A program made the position numbers and the translations under genes. A DNA stretch of 63,978 nt, the filler included, from Klebsormidium nitens (taxonomy: Eukaryota; Plantae; Klebsormidiophyceae): NCBI GenBank assembly GCA_000708835.1. It is 7 parts of 7 records of this genome, joined end to end, with 100 filler letters (N's around TTAATTAATTAA, not from the genome) between each part and the next. Parts side by side here need not be neighbours in the genome. Positions count along the whole stretch, not along the records: positions 23,582 to 41,497 come from DF237957.1; positions 41,598 to 51,451 come from DF238182.1; 5 more parts are not named here. The stretch is one strand, 5' to 3'. The notes below the pieces were generated by a model. It ran no database searches. It had not been told where the DNA came from and saw only the letters and a program-made list of their open reading frames with translations. This document shows, piece after piece, positions 35,443 to 47,128 of this stretch; position 1 is the stretch's first letter; every line of letters starts with the position of its first letter.

Positions 35443-37484
35443 TCACTGCCGTTGCCGTCGCTGGCGGACTTCTCTGGGGCCGCGGGCGCCGGCGGCAGGC
35501 GGGCGACAGGGCCCTCGTCGGGGTCCATGGCGGCCAGCTCGGTAGTCTTCGCAGGTCCAGGTCGCCGCAGCTTCTTCAGGGTCTGGCGGACGTCCTGTCC
35601 GCCCTTCTCTGGCTGCTTGCGCAGCCGGGTCAGGTCCTGGCGGAGTCCGGACAGAATGTCCGCTCTTCGACTTCTTGCGGGGGAGGGATCCCCTTGCGTC
35701 CTCGGTGGTGAGGCGCTGGTGGCGGCGCGCGTTCTTGCGCTTCCGGCGCTCGTTCATCGCCTCCGCGGCGGTGACCGGCGGAGGGGACTGCTTCTGGGGC
35801 GCGTGCGGCGGCTGAGCCTGGTCCCGCTTGCGCTCCCTGCGCAATGGTGTAGGCGCAGGCTGCGGAAAAGCCTCGCAAAGTGGCGAGGGAACCGCGGGTG
35901 CCGGCTGCCAGGGCCCTCTCAGGGTGTCAGGTCCTGGGTCGGGGCGGTTCTTCTTCTTCCTCTTGGGCAGCTCCGTGGTGGCTGCCGTGTCTTGCGGCCG
36001 CATGCGGGTGTCAGGTCCCGGCCGGCGCGGCGGAAGGATGGCCCGAGGCTCTGCGGGATCAGCCTGGTTAGGGGGCTGATTCGCAAGGGCCTGGGAAGCA
36101 GGCTGCACGGAAGTGGTGCGGGCCTGTGCCGGCGGCGTCGTGGTGACCACTGGCTGGTCCTGGTTCTGCGCAGGGGCTGGTGTGGCCGGGGTCTGCGTAA
36201 CGAGGACGGGCTGCGCGCCTGGTGCAGGGGCGTGCAGGTCGGGGGTCTGGTTGTCCTGTAGCTGCACAGAGGCCTCGTGGGCCAGAGCCTGTGCAGCCGG
36301 GGAAAGGGATGCCTGCGCAGGGGCCGTGTCTGCGGCCAGGTTCTGCGCGGGGTTAGGAAGGACGGGAGAGGTTGAGCGCTGCCGGGGGCCGGTGGGCGAG
36401 TCGTTGAGGCCCGCAGTCTGGTCCTCGGCGGCGTCATCTGCGGGGTCCGCGCCCGCGCCTGACAGGTCTGGGGAGGCGTTGTCCGGGGCGGTGTTGTCCT
36501 GGGTGTTCGCCTCCTGCCCCTCACCGTCAGAGGCTGCGGTTTCTTGGGCCGCGGCCTGGGGGTTAATGGCAGCCGTCGCGTTCTGCACAACGGCGGGCTG
36601 CGACTGGGTGGTGTCGTCGGCGGCCTTGGCGATGGCCTTGTACGCCTTGTAGAAGTCGGCGAGCTCCTTGACGTTGATGGACGAGTCAGAGTCGTCCGCT
36701 GCGGCGCCAATGATCTCCTCCAGCACATTGAGCTGCGTGCGGCGCTTGGGCTTCTTGGGGGCGGGGCCGCGTCGTCCTTGTGCCGCTTGGCGTAGTCCGC
36801 CTGGGCCTGGTCCACCTCCTCAATCCAGGCAAGGCACCGATCCATCTGCTGCTTGTTCTGCATGCGCCAGTGGTGGCGGTCCAAGGCCACGATGACCTTG
36901 TCCACCTTGGCCATGCTCTTCAGCTTGTTCTTGCCGGCCGGGACGCGGCGGTTTGCGAGGCAGACGTAGGACCCGATGATGTGACCCTTCTTGTATTGCT
37001 CCGCTCTCCGCCAGAACTTGGGCTTGAGGGCAGGGTCGTGGATGTAGTGGGTGCGGCTCCAGGGGTCGAGGGAGTCCAGGGCCGTGCCCAGCCTGCGGTC
37101 TGCAGGGTCATAGGGCCGGCGCGTCAGGCACTCCTTGCGGAAAGCTTCGTACTGGGGGGAGGTCAGGGAAAGGCTCATGGGCGGGAGATCCTCATGTTCT
37201 GCAGACGTGGACGAGTCACATGAGTTTCCGGAGCCGGTTGACTCTGAGTCCGTTGACGTTGTGAACTCGCTGGACCCCAATCCTACCGACTCCTCTGGGC
37301 TGCTCTCCCGTGACGATGGAGAATAGAGCTCTCCAGACCTCGCTACTGCTCTCTGTTTCAGTGGGCTCTTATGAGGTTTCTTCCGAGTCCCCGCTGGAAG
37401 TTGAAACAGATCCCTTCGTGCCAGTGCTAGCTGCAATTTCCCCTTGGCTAACGTTCTCCAAAACCTCCGGCTCAGGGACATCAA
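35443..37484 (-). CDS. GC-rich gag-position ORF with Pro/Ala/Gln-rich linker, split by one frameshift near 36765
   Basis: Two overlapping long ORFs (35919..37484 and 35443..36726) join by adding one C in a C-run (…KDDAAPP/PKKPKRRTQLNVLEEII…). No recognisable capsid motif. Confidence 0.45.
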
Positions 37485-40400
37485 TGATTTGCGAGTCTGC
37501 CGTCAGAGCTAATGCAATTGGGACACCCGTTTGTGATGGTGAGCCCATGGCATTTTCCGAGTTTACGACAGGCTCCTGCTGGCTGATGCTAGCATTTGCC
37601 TGCGCATTGCCAATTTGAGAGTTTGGTGCCTGCCCACCTTCAGCTTCCGCGTCTCCTGCATCCTGCAGAACTTCCTTGGTCAGGCCACCGCGCGTCTCCC
37701 TCTGAGGGCGCAAGTCTCGCGCCACCCTGGCTTGGTGCCCGCTGCCTGCTGCAATTGCCATGGTGCGGGGGCGGCCGTTGCGGGGAGATGACTTTGTGGG
37801 CAAGGCTGTGCTTCAACTCTGCTGGGGGGTCCAACAGAAGTGGCTGATGGGTCAGCCAGCTGCACCAAGTTTGAAGGGCTGGGTAGAATGCCCCTTCCCT
37901 GAATGCCCGTGGAAGCATATCCAGTGAGGCCTAGCTGACTAGGCTTGGTGGACTCCATGTGATGCAGAATTTTTTCAGAGCCAATGATTGGTTGTTGGTC
38001 GACTGTAAAGTCGACGTTTTCTAGGCTTAATGCTGGATTGTCAGATGTCTCAACGCTTGAAGTGAGTTGACATGTGACATTAGGGCTGTTCGTACATGGG
38101 TCAAGCTCAGTCAGGCTGGCACGGGCTGCCCTTTCCGACTGGATGGGTAGGGAGTCTGGTTCTCTTGGACATCCAGTGACTGCAGCTGAAGTGACCGCCA
38201 CTAGTGCGGGGTCTTCGGCGCAGTCCGTTGATCCAGAGTCAGAACTTTCTGACTCAGACCCTGAGCCAATGGCAGTGTGAGGTGACGAACTTGACCCCGT
38301 AGGTCTAGGAGTCATAGCTGCCAGTCTGGCCACTTGAGTGGCCTGGTCCTCAGGTGATAGGGTATGAAACCCAAAATCATAACCGTGTGGGTCAGCCTTT
38401 AACACAGTTTGGAAATTTGGATGTGGATTCTTGTAACTGTTTGGATTTGGATCCGCAGGTGGTGTCCTCGAACGTCCAATCCATTGTAAATCAGCTGGAT
38501 CCTTCCAGTATTCGTAATTTCTGTGATGAGTACATGATTATGATGATGGGGGGGAGTTTATCCAACTCCTCCGATTCTTTTGTCATTTTAATACTTCGTG
38601 CACGTTGTTCATCCTCCTCTTTGTTACGTCGAGCGTCAGTTCTGCGCTGGTCTTTTGGTACATGATATGGCAACTGTTGCTCTTCTTCTTTTGCGATTTC
38701 TAAGGATCCGAGTCGAAAAGTGTTAGATTTCTCAGTATAATCAACGGTATTTGTGTTTCCCTCCCCCCTCGCATTGGAACGAAATTTCTCGATTTCTTCA
38801 TGCGGTCGCATCTTGTTTTTTTATTTCACGTACGCGCGCTTCCTTCACATGTCAGGTCATATGGCATCGTTGTTGTGAGGAATCGCAAATGTAACTTTAC
38901 TGGAATTGCCAGACTTGTGAAGTTGAAGGAGTTTTTAATGTTGAAGTGGAAAATAGATAGCGACCAAGGTGCCGGTTGCGCAATGTGATTAAGGCGTGGT
39001 TTCAAAACATACATACAGCCACAGACCGAACTCCGCATTTTCGCCGGCCGCCAGGCTGGCCCCCAACGGAATTTTGCCATTTTTTTCAAGCCAGCCGCCA
39101 GTCAGCCCCCCCTTCCATTGCAAGCGGAAAATTTAAAAAAAAAACAGGCGTATATGGCTGATATGACCCCTTTTTGTACTATAATCAGCAACATATTGCT
39201 TGACAATTGCATAAGTCCACAACTCGGATATACAACCTGCTGGAATATGCCAGCATAAAAGTAAGCTTTGCAGTCCGAAAATCTGTATTTTACGGCCGCT
39301 AGTTTTCCTTCTGGCTGGCCGCCTGCCGCCAACACCCCGACCCATCACTTTCCCGGGCCATCCCGCCGGCCGCCGGGGCCACCCTTACACCCTCCTAGAT
39401 TTGAGATTGCGGAGTTCGGTCTATGTCTGCTTATCTGTTTTGAGACCACGCCTAAGGCTATATGTTGTAAGACTTGTAGCCCGAACACACGGGCAATAGT
39501 AGTAGTAGCAATTAGCAAGGAGAAGTGTTGTTAATTGGCTAACTTGCGAACGGTTGTGTTGCGCCCAAAGCGAGGCGGAGTTGAGCTCAAAAGGCGTTGA
39601 GTTTCCGAATTGTTGTGGCTGCGGAATCGCAGCGGAATTGCGGCGGATTTGCGGCGGATTTGCGGCGGAATTTGGACTTATCGAATTTGGACCGTCGATG
39701 GGAGTTTCGATGGCTAGATTAGAGTTGGAGTCGAGGAGTACGATTTCAATCTTCGATATTAATGATTGACGGCCGGGATTTGGCGCGCCGAAATGAACCA
39801 AATTAGCCCACAACGAACTCCGAATTTGCAACCTATAAAACTCGGGCGAAAGTTAGCGTGCGACCCAACTTTCTGTATGTTGCTGTAACCTTGCTAGAAG
39901 CTTGATAGGCCTTCTTTCACCTTCCTACTAGTGGTAAGACTTAGAGCTAGAAAGCGCCAACCAAGACTTGTGCCAAGGACGAAGGGCAGTGAATTCAAGT
40001 CTCTGAGAACCGCCAAGGACGAAGGGCGATGTTGAGAACTAGAAGAGCCCGAACTTACGAGGAGACGCCGGCAGTATCACCAACGACGGGAGCAACATAA
40101 AGTATTTAGCAGGGTGTATTGCTTGTGTTGTGAATCGCTTGGTTTGCCAAGTGAACTTGTTTGAGGCGCATCGATTCGCCTATTACCCAAGCTTGTTTTG
40201 TCTCTCTCAATTCGTTCCATCCTCTCATCTCATCTAGTTTGCTATAGTGCCATAACAGAAGTTCCGCATGGTGCCTGGGGTGTTGCACATGTGTTGGTAT
40301 GTCGTATATGCGATTGACCGTGATTGCTATAAATGCTATGCTTCCACTTGTGATGACGAGACGCTAACAACCCGCGTTCTCCCCCTACATACAGAAAGTT

Positions 40401-40579
40401 GGAGCTTTCAAGGCGTGAAAGCTTGCAACAAGTGGAGCATCACGAGAGTTTGGGGCGCAAGGTACACTACTACACAAGGAGTCTGTAAAGGTGAGAAAAG
40501 TAGTGCAGTGCATGGTTAAGCTGTGGTTAGCCAACTAACCAGCAGTCTGACCAGTGGTTAGGCAGTGGTCGGGGCAACT

Positions 40580-40650
40580 GCTTAGCGGTCGGGGCATCTG
40601 CTTAAGTGACCGTAGGGTCACGGGTTCAAATCCTCTTGGGCTCATTTTTT
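40580..40650 (+). other. tRNA-derived/Pol III-like motif (B-box plus T6 terminator)
   Basis: GGTTCAAATCC at 40623-40633, preceded by an A-box-like TAGCGGTCGG and followed by TTTTTT at 40645-40650. No convincing full cloverleaf. Confidence 0.4.
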
Positions 40651-41598
40651 GCCCATAGCTGGATTAGGTGCTTTTTGAGGCAGTGGCAACTTTTTGCAAC
40701 ATTTGGACTTCGATTGAGGTCACAAGGGTGAATTGATCGTGGAGTTGTGTTGCTAGGGTGCAATTTGAAGACGCTTGGTATAATCGGCTTAGTACTTTAA
40801 GGTCTCGTTGTATTCCTAAACCGACCAATTTGAAAGGTTGTGGTTCCACTGCCGCCTGCATGCTTTTCGACCTGGGGCGTCCAAACTGTGATGGAGTTCT
40901 GATTGAATTTTGAAGTTTGATTTTAAATTGAGCTGACGGAGAGGTGCAGCTGGTTGAAATTTGAAGTTGAACGGTTGTTGAAGTGATTTGGGGCTGACGG
41001 AGAGTCGCAGCCGATTTGAATTGGAGCTAACGGGGAGGCGTAGCCAATTAGAAGAAAGTTGAGTTGACGGGGAGGCGCAACTCAGAGTTGCTGACGCACG
41101 TATAGGGGCGCAGCTTAATCGTGTGTTCAAGTTTTGTCACGAGTTCAAAAGGAGTTTGAAACGGGCCAACTTCTTGGTCGTGATCATATGTGACGTTTGG
41201 GCTATGGTTAAGTCTAACCGCTCAAACCCACAGATCTAAACGACGCTCACCTATTCAATGGGTACGCGACGCGTGTCAATCTAAGTCCACTGTCTATTAG
41301 CGACACGTTTCACAGTATTAATTAGTCGAAGTAATGTTCGATAATACTCATTATTGGATATGTCGACTAATGTTAGTATGTAGAGCTACGAGATAAGTAT
41401 GTCTTTTGCGTGACCAGGATTGCTTGGCATGACGCAGGACGCTCTACTTTGCAGTCAGAAGTATGCTTGCCTTGCTGGAAGGACGTCTGGGAAGTGANNN
41501 NNNNNNNNNNNNNNNNNNNNNNNNNNNNNNNNNNNNNNNNNTTAATTAATTAANNNNNNNNNNNNNNNNNNNNNNNNNNNNNNNNNNNNNNNNNNNNT

Positions 41599-41937
41599 TT
41601 ATCCGATGGGAATGGGGCTGGAGAGGTTATTGGAGGAGAGAACGAGTCTGGTGAGTTTAGTGAGGCTGCCCAGCCCAGGGGGGATGGGGCCGGAGAGATT
41701 GTTGGAGGAGAGGTCGAGGGAGGTGAGGTTGATAAGGCTGCCAAGCTCTGGGGGAATTTGACCCGACAACCTGCGTTTTTGGATCGTGATCCTCGTCTGG
41801 TTCCAGAGTGGGCCCTGAACCAGATCGTCGATCTCCTCTATGGTCGCGGACCATACTCCTCCTAGGAGCCCCCATCCACAGAGGATCCCCAATATTGACG
41901 TATAAAAGTGCAGGGTTCCAACCAATTTGGGGGCCAT
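41599..41937 (-). CDS. Plant-type extracellular LRR (receptor-like protein/kinase) fragment, runs into gap
   Basis: LSGQIPPELGSLINLTSLDLSSNNLSGPIPPGLGSLTKLTRLVLSSNNLSSPIP contains 24-aa plant-specific LRRs. Confidence 0.85.
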   Translation of the reverse strand: MAPKLVGTLHFYTSILGILCGWGLLGGVWSATIEEIDDLVQGPLWNQTRITIQKRRLSGQIPPELGSLINLTSLDLSSNNLSGPIPPGLGSLTKLTRLVLSSNNLSSPIPIG

Positions 41938-43289
41938 GATGACACCTAAAAGTGCAAGAAGGCGAAAGAAATAAGCCCCGACTCAAACAACGGGCTCCCT
42001 CTACCATGCAGTTCCATTTGTCACAGGTTCGATCCCAAGTCTGCACTGCACCACCCATGCACATGAAGACCTTACTGAACTCGTCAGGAGCATGCTGCCA
42101 TACTCCGCCCCAAACCCTGTGGTACAATCATTATCATGTGACATTGCAACACTACCAAGAATCGTCAAGGGATGAAGCGGTGTCTAAGGTATGAGCACAT
42201 GACCCGTAAACGAAGACCGGGATTGGAATGAAAACGTAATTGGGGCACTTACTTGTGGACACAAACCAGAGAGGCCAACGCACATCTCCTTGCACTTAGC
42301 TCCTCCAGGCAGCGGAGAGCAGCGGTTCACCAGATTTGTTCACCCTCAAGTTTTCAAGGCTAGTCTTCTGCTGAGCACTCTCCGGAGCGCCGTGAATGTG
42401 GTGTGGTTCTGATTCAATGAAGCAGATGCCTCTCCGCTGTGAGAGGAGGCAAACTTTGAGGAGAGAAGGGGATCGTCCGCTTTAAAACCTTACCCTATGT
42501 GCACACCTATCCTCTTCAGCTACGGACCCTCGCTGGTTCGTTTATTGTTTGCTTTTCGACATGTGTGGGCACCCTACGGCACTAGTAGACTGCGGGTGTA
42601 AAGGCAATCTGGTCCAAAGTGCCAAGCATGTTGTCACCGAATATGTCCGTACATCATGACGTCATCGTGAGGGGTAAATGTTGACATTGACATGGCACTG
42701 GCATCGACGTCGACGGCCTACCCAATCACAGGGTACAGGGCGGGCAAGTTAGTTACACGCGGGCATTCGGACATCCGGACATTCGGGATCATATTGATGT
42801 TATTGTTATTATTATCACTTGCTTGGAGACGATGTTCAAAGGAGCCTGATCCCAACGGCAGAAAAGAGACAAGCAAGACCGAGCGAGTTCGGTGTTGTGG
42901 CTCATGGCATGTATTCAGGGTCCAAAGGTCAAGGTCTTCGCTATCGCTCGCACTTTTCGCGGCCGCCTGGAGTTCAATGTGATTATCGCATTTAAATAAT
43001 GAACTCACATCTGATGCGAGGCACTGTTTGTTCGAGAGCGCGCGCATGCGAGGTAACATCTGCCAGGTCCACGAATGCGCATGACCCATGCTTGAAACTG
43101 GCCACGTGGCAGGGGCCTGATCTCACCAAACCCAACTGAGGAGTTGCCTGACGTGGGGGGTTCTAATGCAGTGCGCGCTTCTCTGCAGGTATCTCATGAC
43201 GACCTTGCTGCCCCCCTGTCAAAGCAGGGACGAGGCGTCAAGCGCAAGCTGAACGACTCCCCCGAACCGGGGACCAGAAATTTTCTATA

Positions 43290-44105
43290 ATCCGGAAAAA
43301 ACGTCTGTATTTTTGCACATTCGAGTTCCGTCATCATCCTGCATGCGTTGTCATCGTAAAGCACCAGGGCTTCAGCCCCCCTGCTTTTCATGTACCCTGC
43401 TCGTAGTGTGAGGGCGGGTCTGTCGTGATCGACCATCTTCACATGCGCTGGCCTATTTTTCTGACGCTCGATGTAATATCGTGTCTTCTCGGATGTCATC
43501 CAGTAGAATGAATCGACTATCTCCTCGCGTGGTTGCAATATGTTTCTCATTGTCTCTCTGGACGGACTCTCTGATGGGAAGTGGAATCGAACGTGCGGTC
43601 TGTGTGCAACAACGATGAGGCGCTTGCGATATTGAGTGACTTCGAAATCATGTGCATTCACGACCTTGCTCGTAACGACATAGCCAGAGGAATTGAGGGC
43701 ACCGACGAGACCGTCGTAGTGGGCACCACTGTCTTTCGAGTTGAAACCATTTACATTCTCGATGACCACCATTTGAGCACTGCACCAATCAGCAATTCTG
43801 AGGAGCACCTGGTACAGTTGGTCTTTCGCATCACCCGTCCGCCTAGGACCGATCAGTGAGAAGCTAGTACACGGTGGAGACCCTACCACGATATCCACAT
43901 GCCTGCCATTCAACGCATCCTGAAAATCTCGCTTCAACAAGTGGCACACATCTCTGCAGATGGCGCTCGTTTCACCATGGTTTGCACGGTAAGTTTCCAA
44001 AGCAGCTGCATCGAGATCGATTCCTAAGACGTGCGTCGGTCCTGCTCTCGTAAGCCCTTCGGTCCAACCGCCTGCGCCACAGAATACGTCTACAAAGCTG
44101 ACCAT
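43290..44105 (-). pseudogene. Stand-alone C5 DNA methyltransferase (Dcm/HaeIII-like, viral/bacterial type), 3'-truncated
   Basis: VDVFCGAGG (I), GIDLD (II), DIVVGSPPCTSFS (IV), VIENVNGF (VI), QYRKRLIVV (VIII), RMMTELECAKIQTFFPDY (IX). The expected QIGNAVP (X) is absent. No introns. Confidence 0.88.
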
Positions 44106-44224
44106 AGTTGAAGAACCACAGACATTGTTTTTATATGCGTCGGCCACGCGGTCGGACACGGGTGCACGCATCGCACAGATGGCCCACAGAGAGATTCAAA
44201 GAGCATGGCGAGCATACACGAGAC

Positions 44225-45050
44225 ACGACACATTCTGTCCAGACTGCCACGTCAGCATCTCAGAGCTTCTCTTGAGGAATCACTTGAGGTAGAAACTCCT
44301 AGCGAAGTCCCTAGTGGAAGACCCATACGACACAATAAATAATGCGTCTTGTAGGTGCTGCTTGGAGGATCTGACCCTAGCGGATTCCCTAGTCAGAATC
44401 GCCCCAAGACACAAGACAGTAAGACGCATTTTTGGGAAACTTTCCTGAGATTTTCGAGATTGTGGCGGATCTAGATCGTCCATCCGACCTCAGGGACTTT
44501 CCAAAATAATGCGTCTTACTGTCTTACTCTCCTAACTAAGAGATCCACTAGGGAAATCAGCCTCGAGGATCCTCCGTAAGACACATTTTAAAATGCTTCT
44601 TATTAGGGAATCCACTAAGGATACCGATCCCGCGAGTGACCGGCCAAGACACATTCTCTCCGGACTGCATCAAAGCTTCTCGTGAGGGATCGCTTGAGGT
44701 CTCCTAGCGAATTCCCTAGTGGAAGACCCATAAGACACAATAAATAATGCGTCTTGTAGGTGCTGCTCGGAGGATCTGACCCTAGCGGATTCCCAGGTCA
44801 GAATCGCCACAAGACACAAGACAGTAAGACGCATTTTTGGGGAAACTTTCATGAGATTATCGAGATCGTGGCAGATCTAGATCGTCCATCCGATCTCAGG
44901 GACTTTCCAAAATAATGCGTCTTAACTGAGAGATCCACTAGGAAAAACAGACCTGAAAATCCTCCGTAAGACACATTTTTTAATGCGTCTTATGACAGAT
45001 TCCACTAGGGATACCGATTCCCTAGCCCTGTGTGCAGACTGCCACGTCAT
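44225..45050. repeat. Two ~410-bp tandem units built of oppositely oriented short motifs
   Basis: Unit 1 about 44225..44645 and unit 2 about 44646..45050. Repeated AATGCGTCTT/AAGACGCATT and CCCTAGTGGA/TCCACTAGGG in both orientations. Confidence 0.85.
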
Positions 45051-45144
45051 CACTCCGTCGCGTCACCTCCGGGCACTTGGAGTCAGCTTTTCCCGTTTTT
45101 TGTGCCCGGTTGGGAGTCTGATTCGTAGTCCGAGTCTCTATCGG

Positions 45145-45744
45145 TCAACGTCTCCTTGTTTTGTGTGAGCCTTTGTGACCCGCCCAGTACCCGCCGCCAT
45201 ACCCCACGAGGATCTCTTGCCCGCCGTAGATCGGCCTGGTGGCCCGGAGCATCATGGTGCCGGTGACGTTATTCATCGCGTACTTCGCATTCGTCTTCTT
45301 GTTGGTGCCGCGTGGGGCGTTGGCGATGGACCCGATGCCCCTCTTACATGCCGCATCTACGATGTGATTCTGCGTGAGCTCTAGCGCATAAGGAGCAGTG
45401 ATGTGCAGACCGTATCGCTGATCGATCTGTGCGGTCGCTAGATGTTCTCCTCCGTAGACGACCAACGGGTCGCCGGTTCGAAAAACCCTCGCATGCCCTC
45501 CCCCGGGCGCCCATGCGAACAAGCCCTTGCCGTGTACGCCGTCCTTGATCGTCACGTGAGATACGGACCTTGAATGTTGCCAACAGTACGGCAAGCCTAT
45601 ACACACCACTCGCTTGCATCGCGCACCGGACGCAGAATGCGCCGTGCACTGCTCGCACGTCAGGTCGCATCGGAAATTGGCCTCGGGGCCCTGAAAATCG
45701 AAAACGTACGGCATCGTCGTACTTAGCGTGTGGAAAAGAGGCAT
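45145..45744 (-). CDS. SET-domain lysine methyltransferase with N-terminal Cys/His zinc motif (viral type)
   Basis: HGKGLFA, IGSIANAPRG...NAKY, LRATRPIYGGQEILVGYGGGYW. N-terminal CEQCTAHSASGARCKRVVCIGLPYCWQH. Intronless. Confidence 0.85.
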   Translation of the reverse strand: MPLFHTLSTTMPYVFDFQGPEANFRCDLTCEQCTAHSASGARCKRVVCIGLPYCWQHSRSVSHVTIKDGVHGKGLFAWAPGGGHARVFRTGDPLVVYGGEHLATAQIDQRYGLHITAPYALELTQNHIVDAACKRGIGSIANAPRGTNKKTNAKYAMNNVTGTMMLRATRPIYGGQEILVGYGGGYWAGHKGSHKTRRR

Positions 45745-45756
45745 CGGAGCTCGGAA

Positions 45757-46035
45757 TCAGGAAGTTCCGAAAGCGATATCGCCGAGTGCGAGTTGGACCG
45801 AATCGTCCTCACAGAGCACGCGGGGAGACCGGATGAGTACCGGTTCTGCTCTGGTTTTGCAAAAGTCGCAGATGGTGCGCCCGAACAGCTGCTTCTGCGT
45901 GGGCCGTCCGCAGAGCACGCAGTTCGCCGTGCGAACGTTTTGGAGCACGGAGGTGACTCCGTTCAAGGTGGAGAGTATGATGTCCGTCGATGACTTCCAA
46001 TGCAGAGAGAATGCTGGGAGTACGAGCGATTTCAT
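45757..46035 (-). CDS. Small CxxC...CxxC zinc-finger protein
   Basis: CVLCGRPTQKQLFGRTICDFC, tightly packed upstream of the SET gene. Confidence 0.5.
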   Translation of the reverse strand: MKSLVLPAFSLHWKSSTDIILSTLNGVTSVLQNVRTANCVLCGRPTQKQLFGRTICDFCKTRAEPVLIRSPRVLCEDDSVQLALGDIAFGTS

Positions 46036-46176
46036 CTCATTCCAGACCGTGGTTTGATTCCCATCGCAGAAAAATATGCGGCTCCGACACGTTCGGGCGG
46101 TGCGTCATCGAAACGAGGGCCGCGGTCAGCCAGTCCCCCGGAAATAATGTTCGCTATAGCTATCAAGAATATATAG

Positions 46177-46692
46177 ATGCCTCACCGGAAGAGTCGCGCT
46201 CATGGACCGAAACACGAGCACCACCATGCGACCAAAGAAGACCGTACGGTGGAGAGGGAGCAGCACGAAAGCGACTCGGAGGGGCGAGACCAGGCGGCGG
46301 ACGGCCAGATCGATAGGCAGGCGCAGCCCGCGACGTACACCGCCATGACGGTGGACGCCAAGGCCCTGGAGGACGCGCCACCCGCCGGTGGGGTTATCGG
46401 AGCGCGGTATGACAAACAAGACGGTATAACGAAAGCCGTGGGGATCACTTTACCTCCGGGTTCATGTCCGGACCAGATTCCCGGCGTGCCGAACGTGCCT
46501 ATCGTTGCCATGGTTGTAGGGGCGGCCCCACCCGCGATCCCGGGCGAGAACTCACCACTTCCCGACCAACAGCCGGGCGTTCCGAACGTCCCCGCTATTA
46601 TTGCGACTGACAACACGCCCACCGCTTCACGAAATCCGGGCAGCACTGCCACGAATCCTGACGCAATACACCTCACGCAGCTGCCACGTTGA
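46177..46692 (+). CDS. Hypothetical Pro-rich protein with internal repeat
   Basis: PDQIPGVPNVP / PDQQPGVPNVP duplication. The C-terminus is shared with the 49104..49178 segment. Confidence 0.5.
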   Translation: MPHRKSRAHGPKHEHHHATKEDRTVEREQHESDSEGRDQAADGQIDRQAQPATYTAMTVDAKALEDAPPAGGVIGARYDKQDGITKAVGITLPPGSCPDQIPGVPNVPIVAMVVGAAPPAIPGENSPLPDQQPGVPNVPAIIATDNTPTASRNPGSTATNPDAIHLTQLPR

Positions 46693-47128
46693 TCCGTTCC
46701 CCTTTCCGTAAGAAAGCCGCAAATGTAGCCACTTCAGGAATGTGTCTTGTAATAGATATAGGATTTTACGGGTTTCAGGGTTTTTTTTCAGGCTAATAAG
46801 AGGGCATGGTTGTGTTGTTTTATCCTGAGGGATCCGTCTGCCACGTCAGCAACTCTACTCTTGCGCCCGGATACAAACACGTTTGCACCGGCTTAAGGAA
46901 GCGTTGTGGCCCGCAAACGTTACACTGACCTCTTACCAGCCTATAAAAGTAGGATCCCACAACACTGTCCCTGCGTGGGCGCTGTCCGACAACGTCGACA
47001 CACCTCAGCAAGCGTCCGACATCCCCAAACGCATCATAATCAAGTGTTCCCAACGGACATATGACAGACATAAGGAAACGCGGACATCGAGGCTTGGGAT
47101 TATTTTGATAGGATTTGAAAAGGTAGTT

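Larger units (their letters stand above)
29155..38405 (-). mobile_element. Degenerate Ty3/Gypsy LTR retrotransposon, order gag-like / protease / C5-DNMT / RT / RNaseH / integrase / PHD
   Basis: Domains listed separately below. Many frameshifts and stops. Purine tract AAGGGGGGAG at about 29136-29145 on the minus strand. Matching LTR pair not found. Confidence 0.85.

Noticed and set aside
40580-40650. Functional tRNA gene
   Set aside because: No acceptor-stem pairing or clear anticodon arm found; kept only as a tRNA-like motif.
39000-41497. 5' LTR partner of the 27.0-28.1 kb unit
   Set aside because: No sequence match between these regions could be found by eye.
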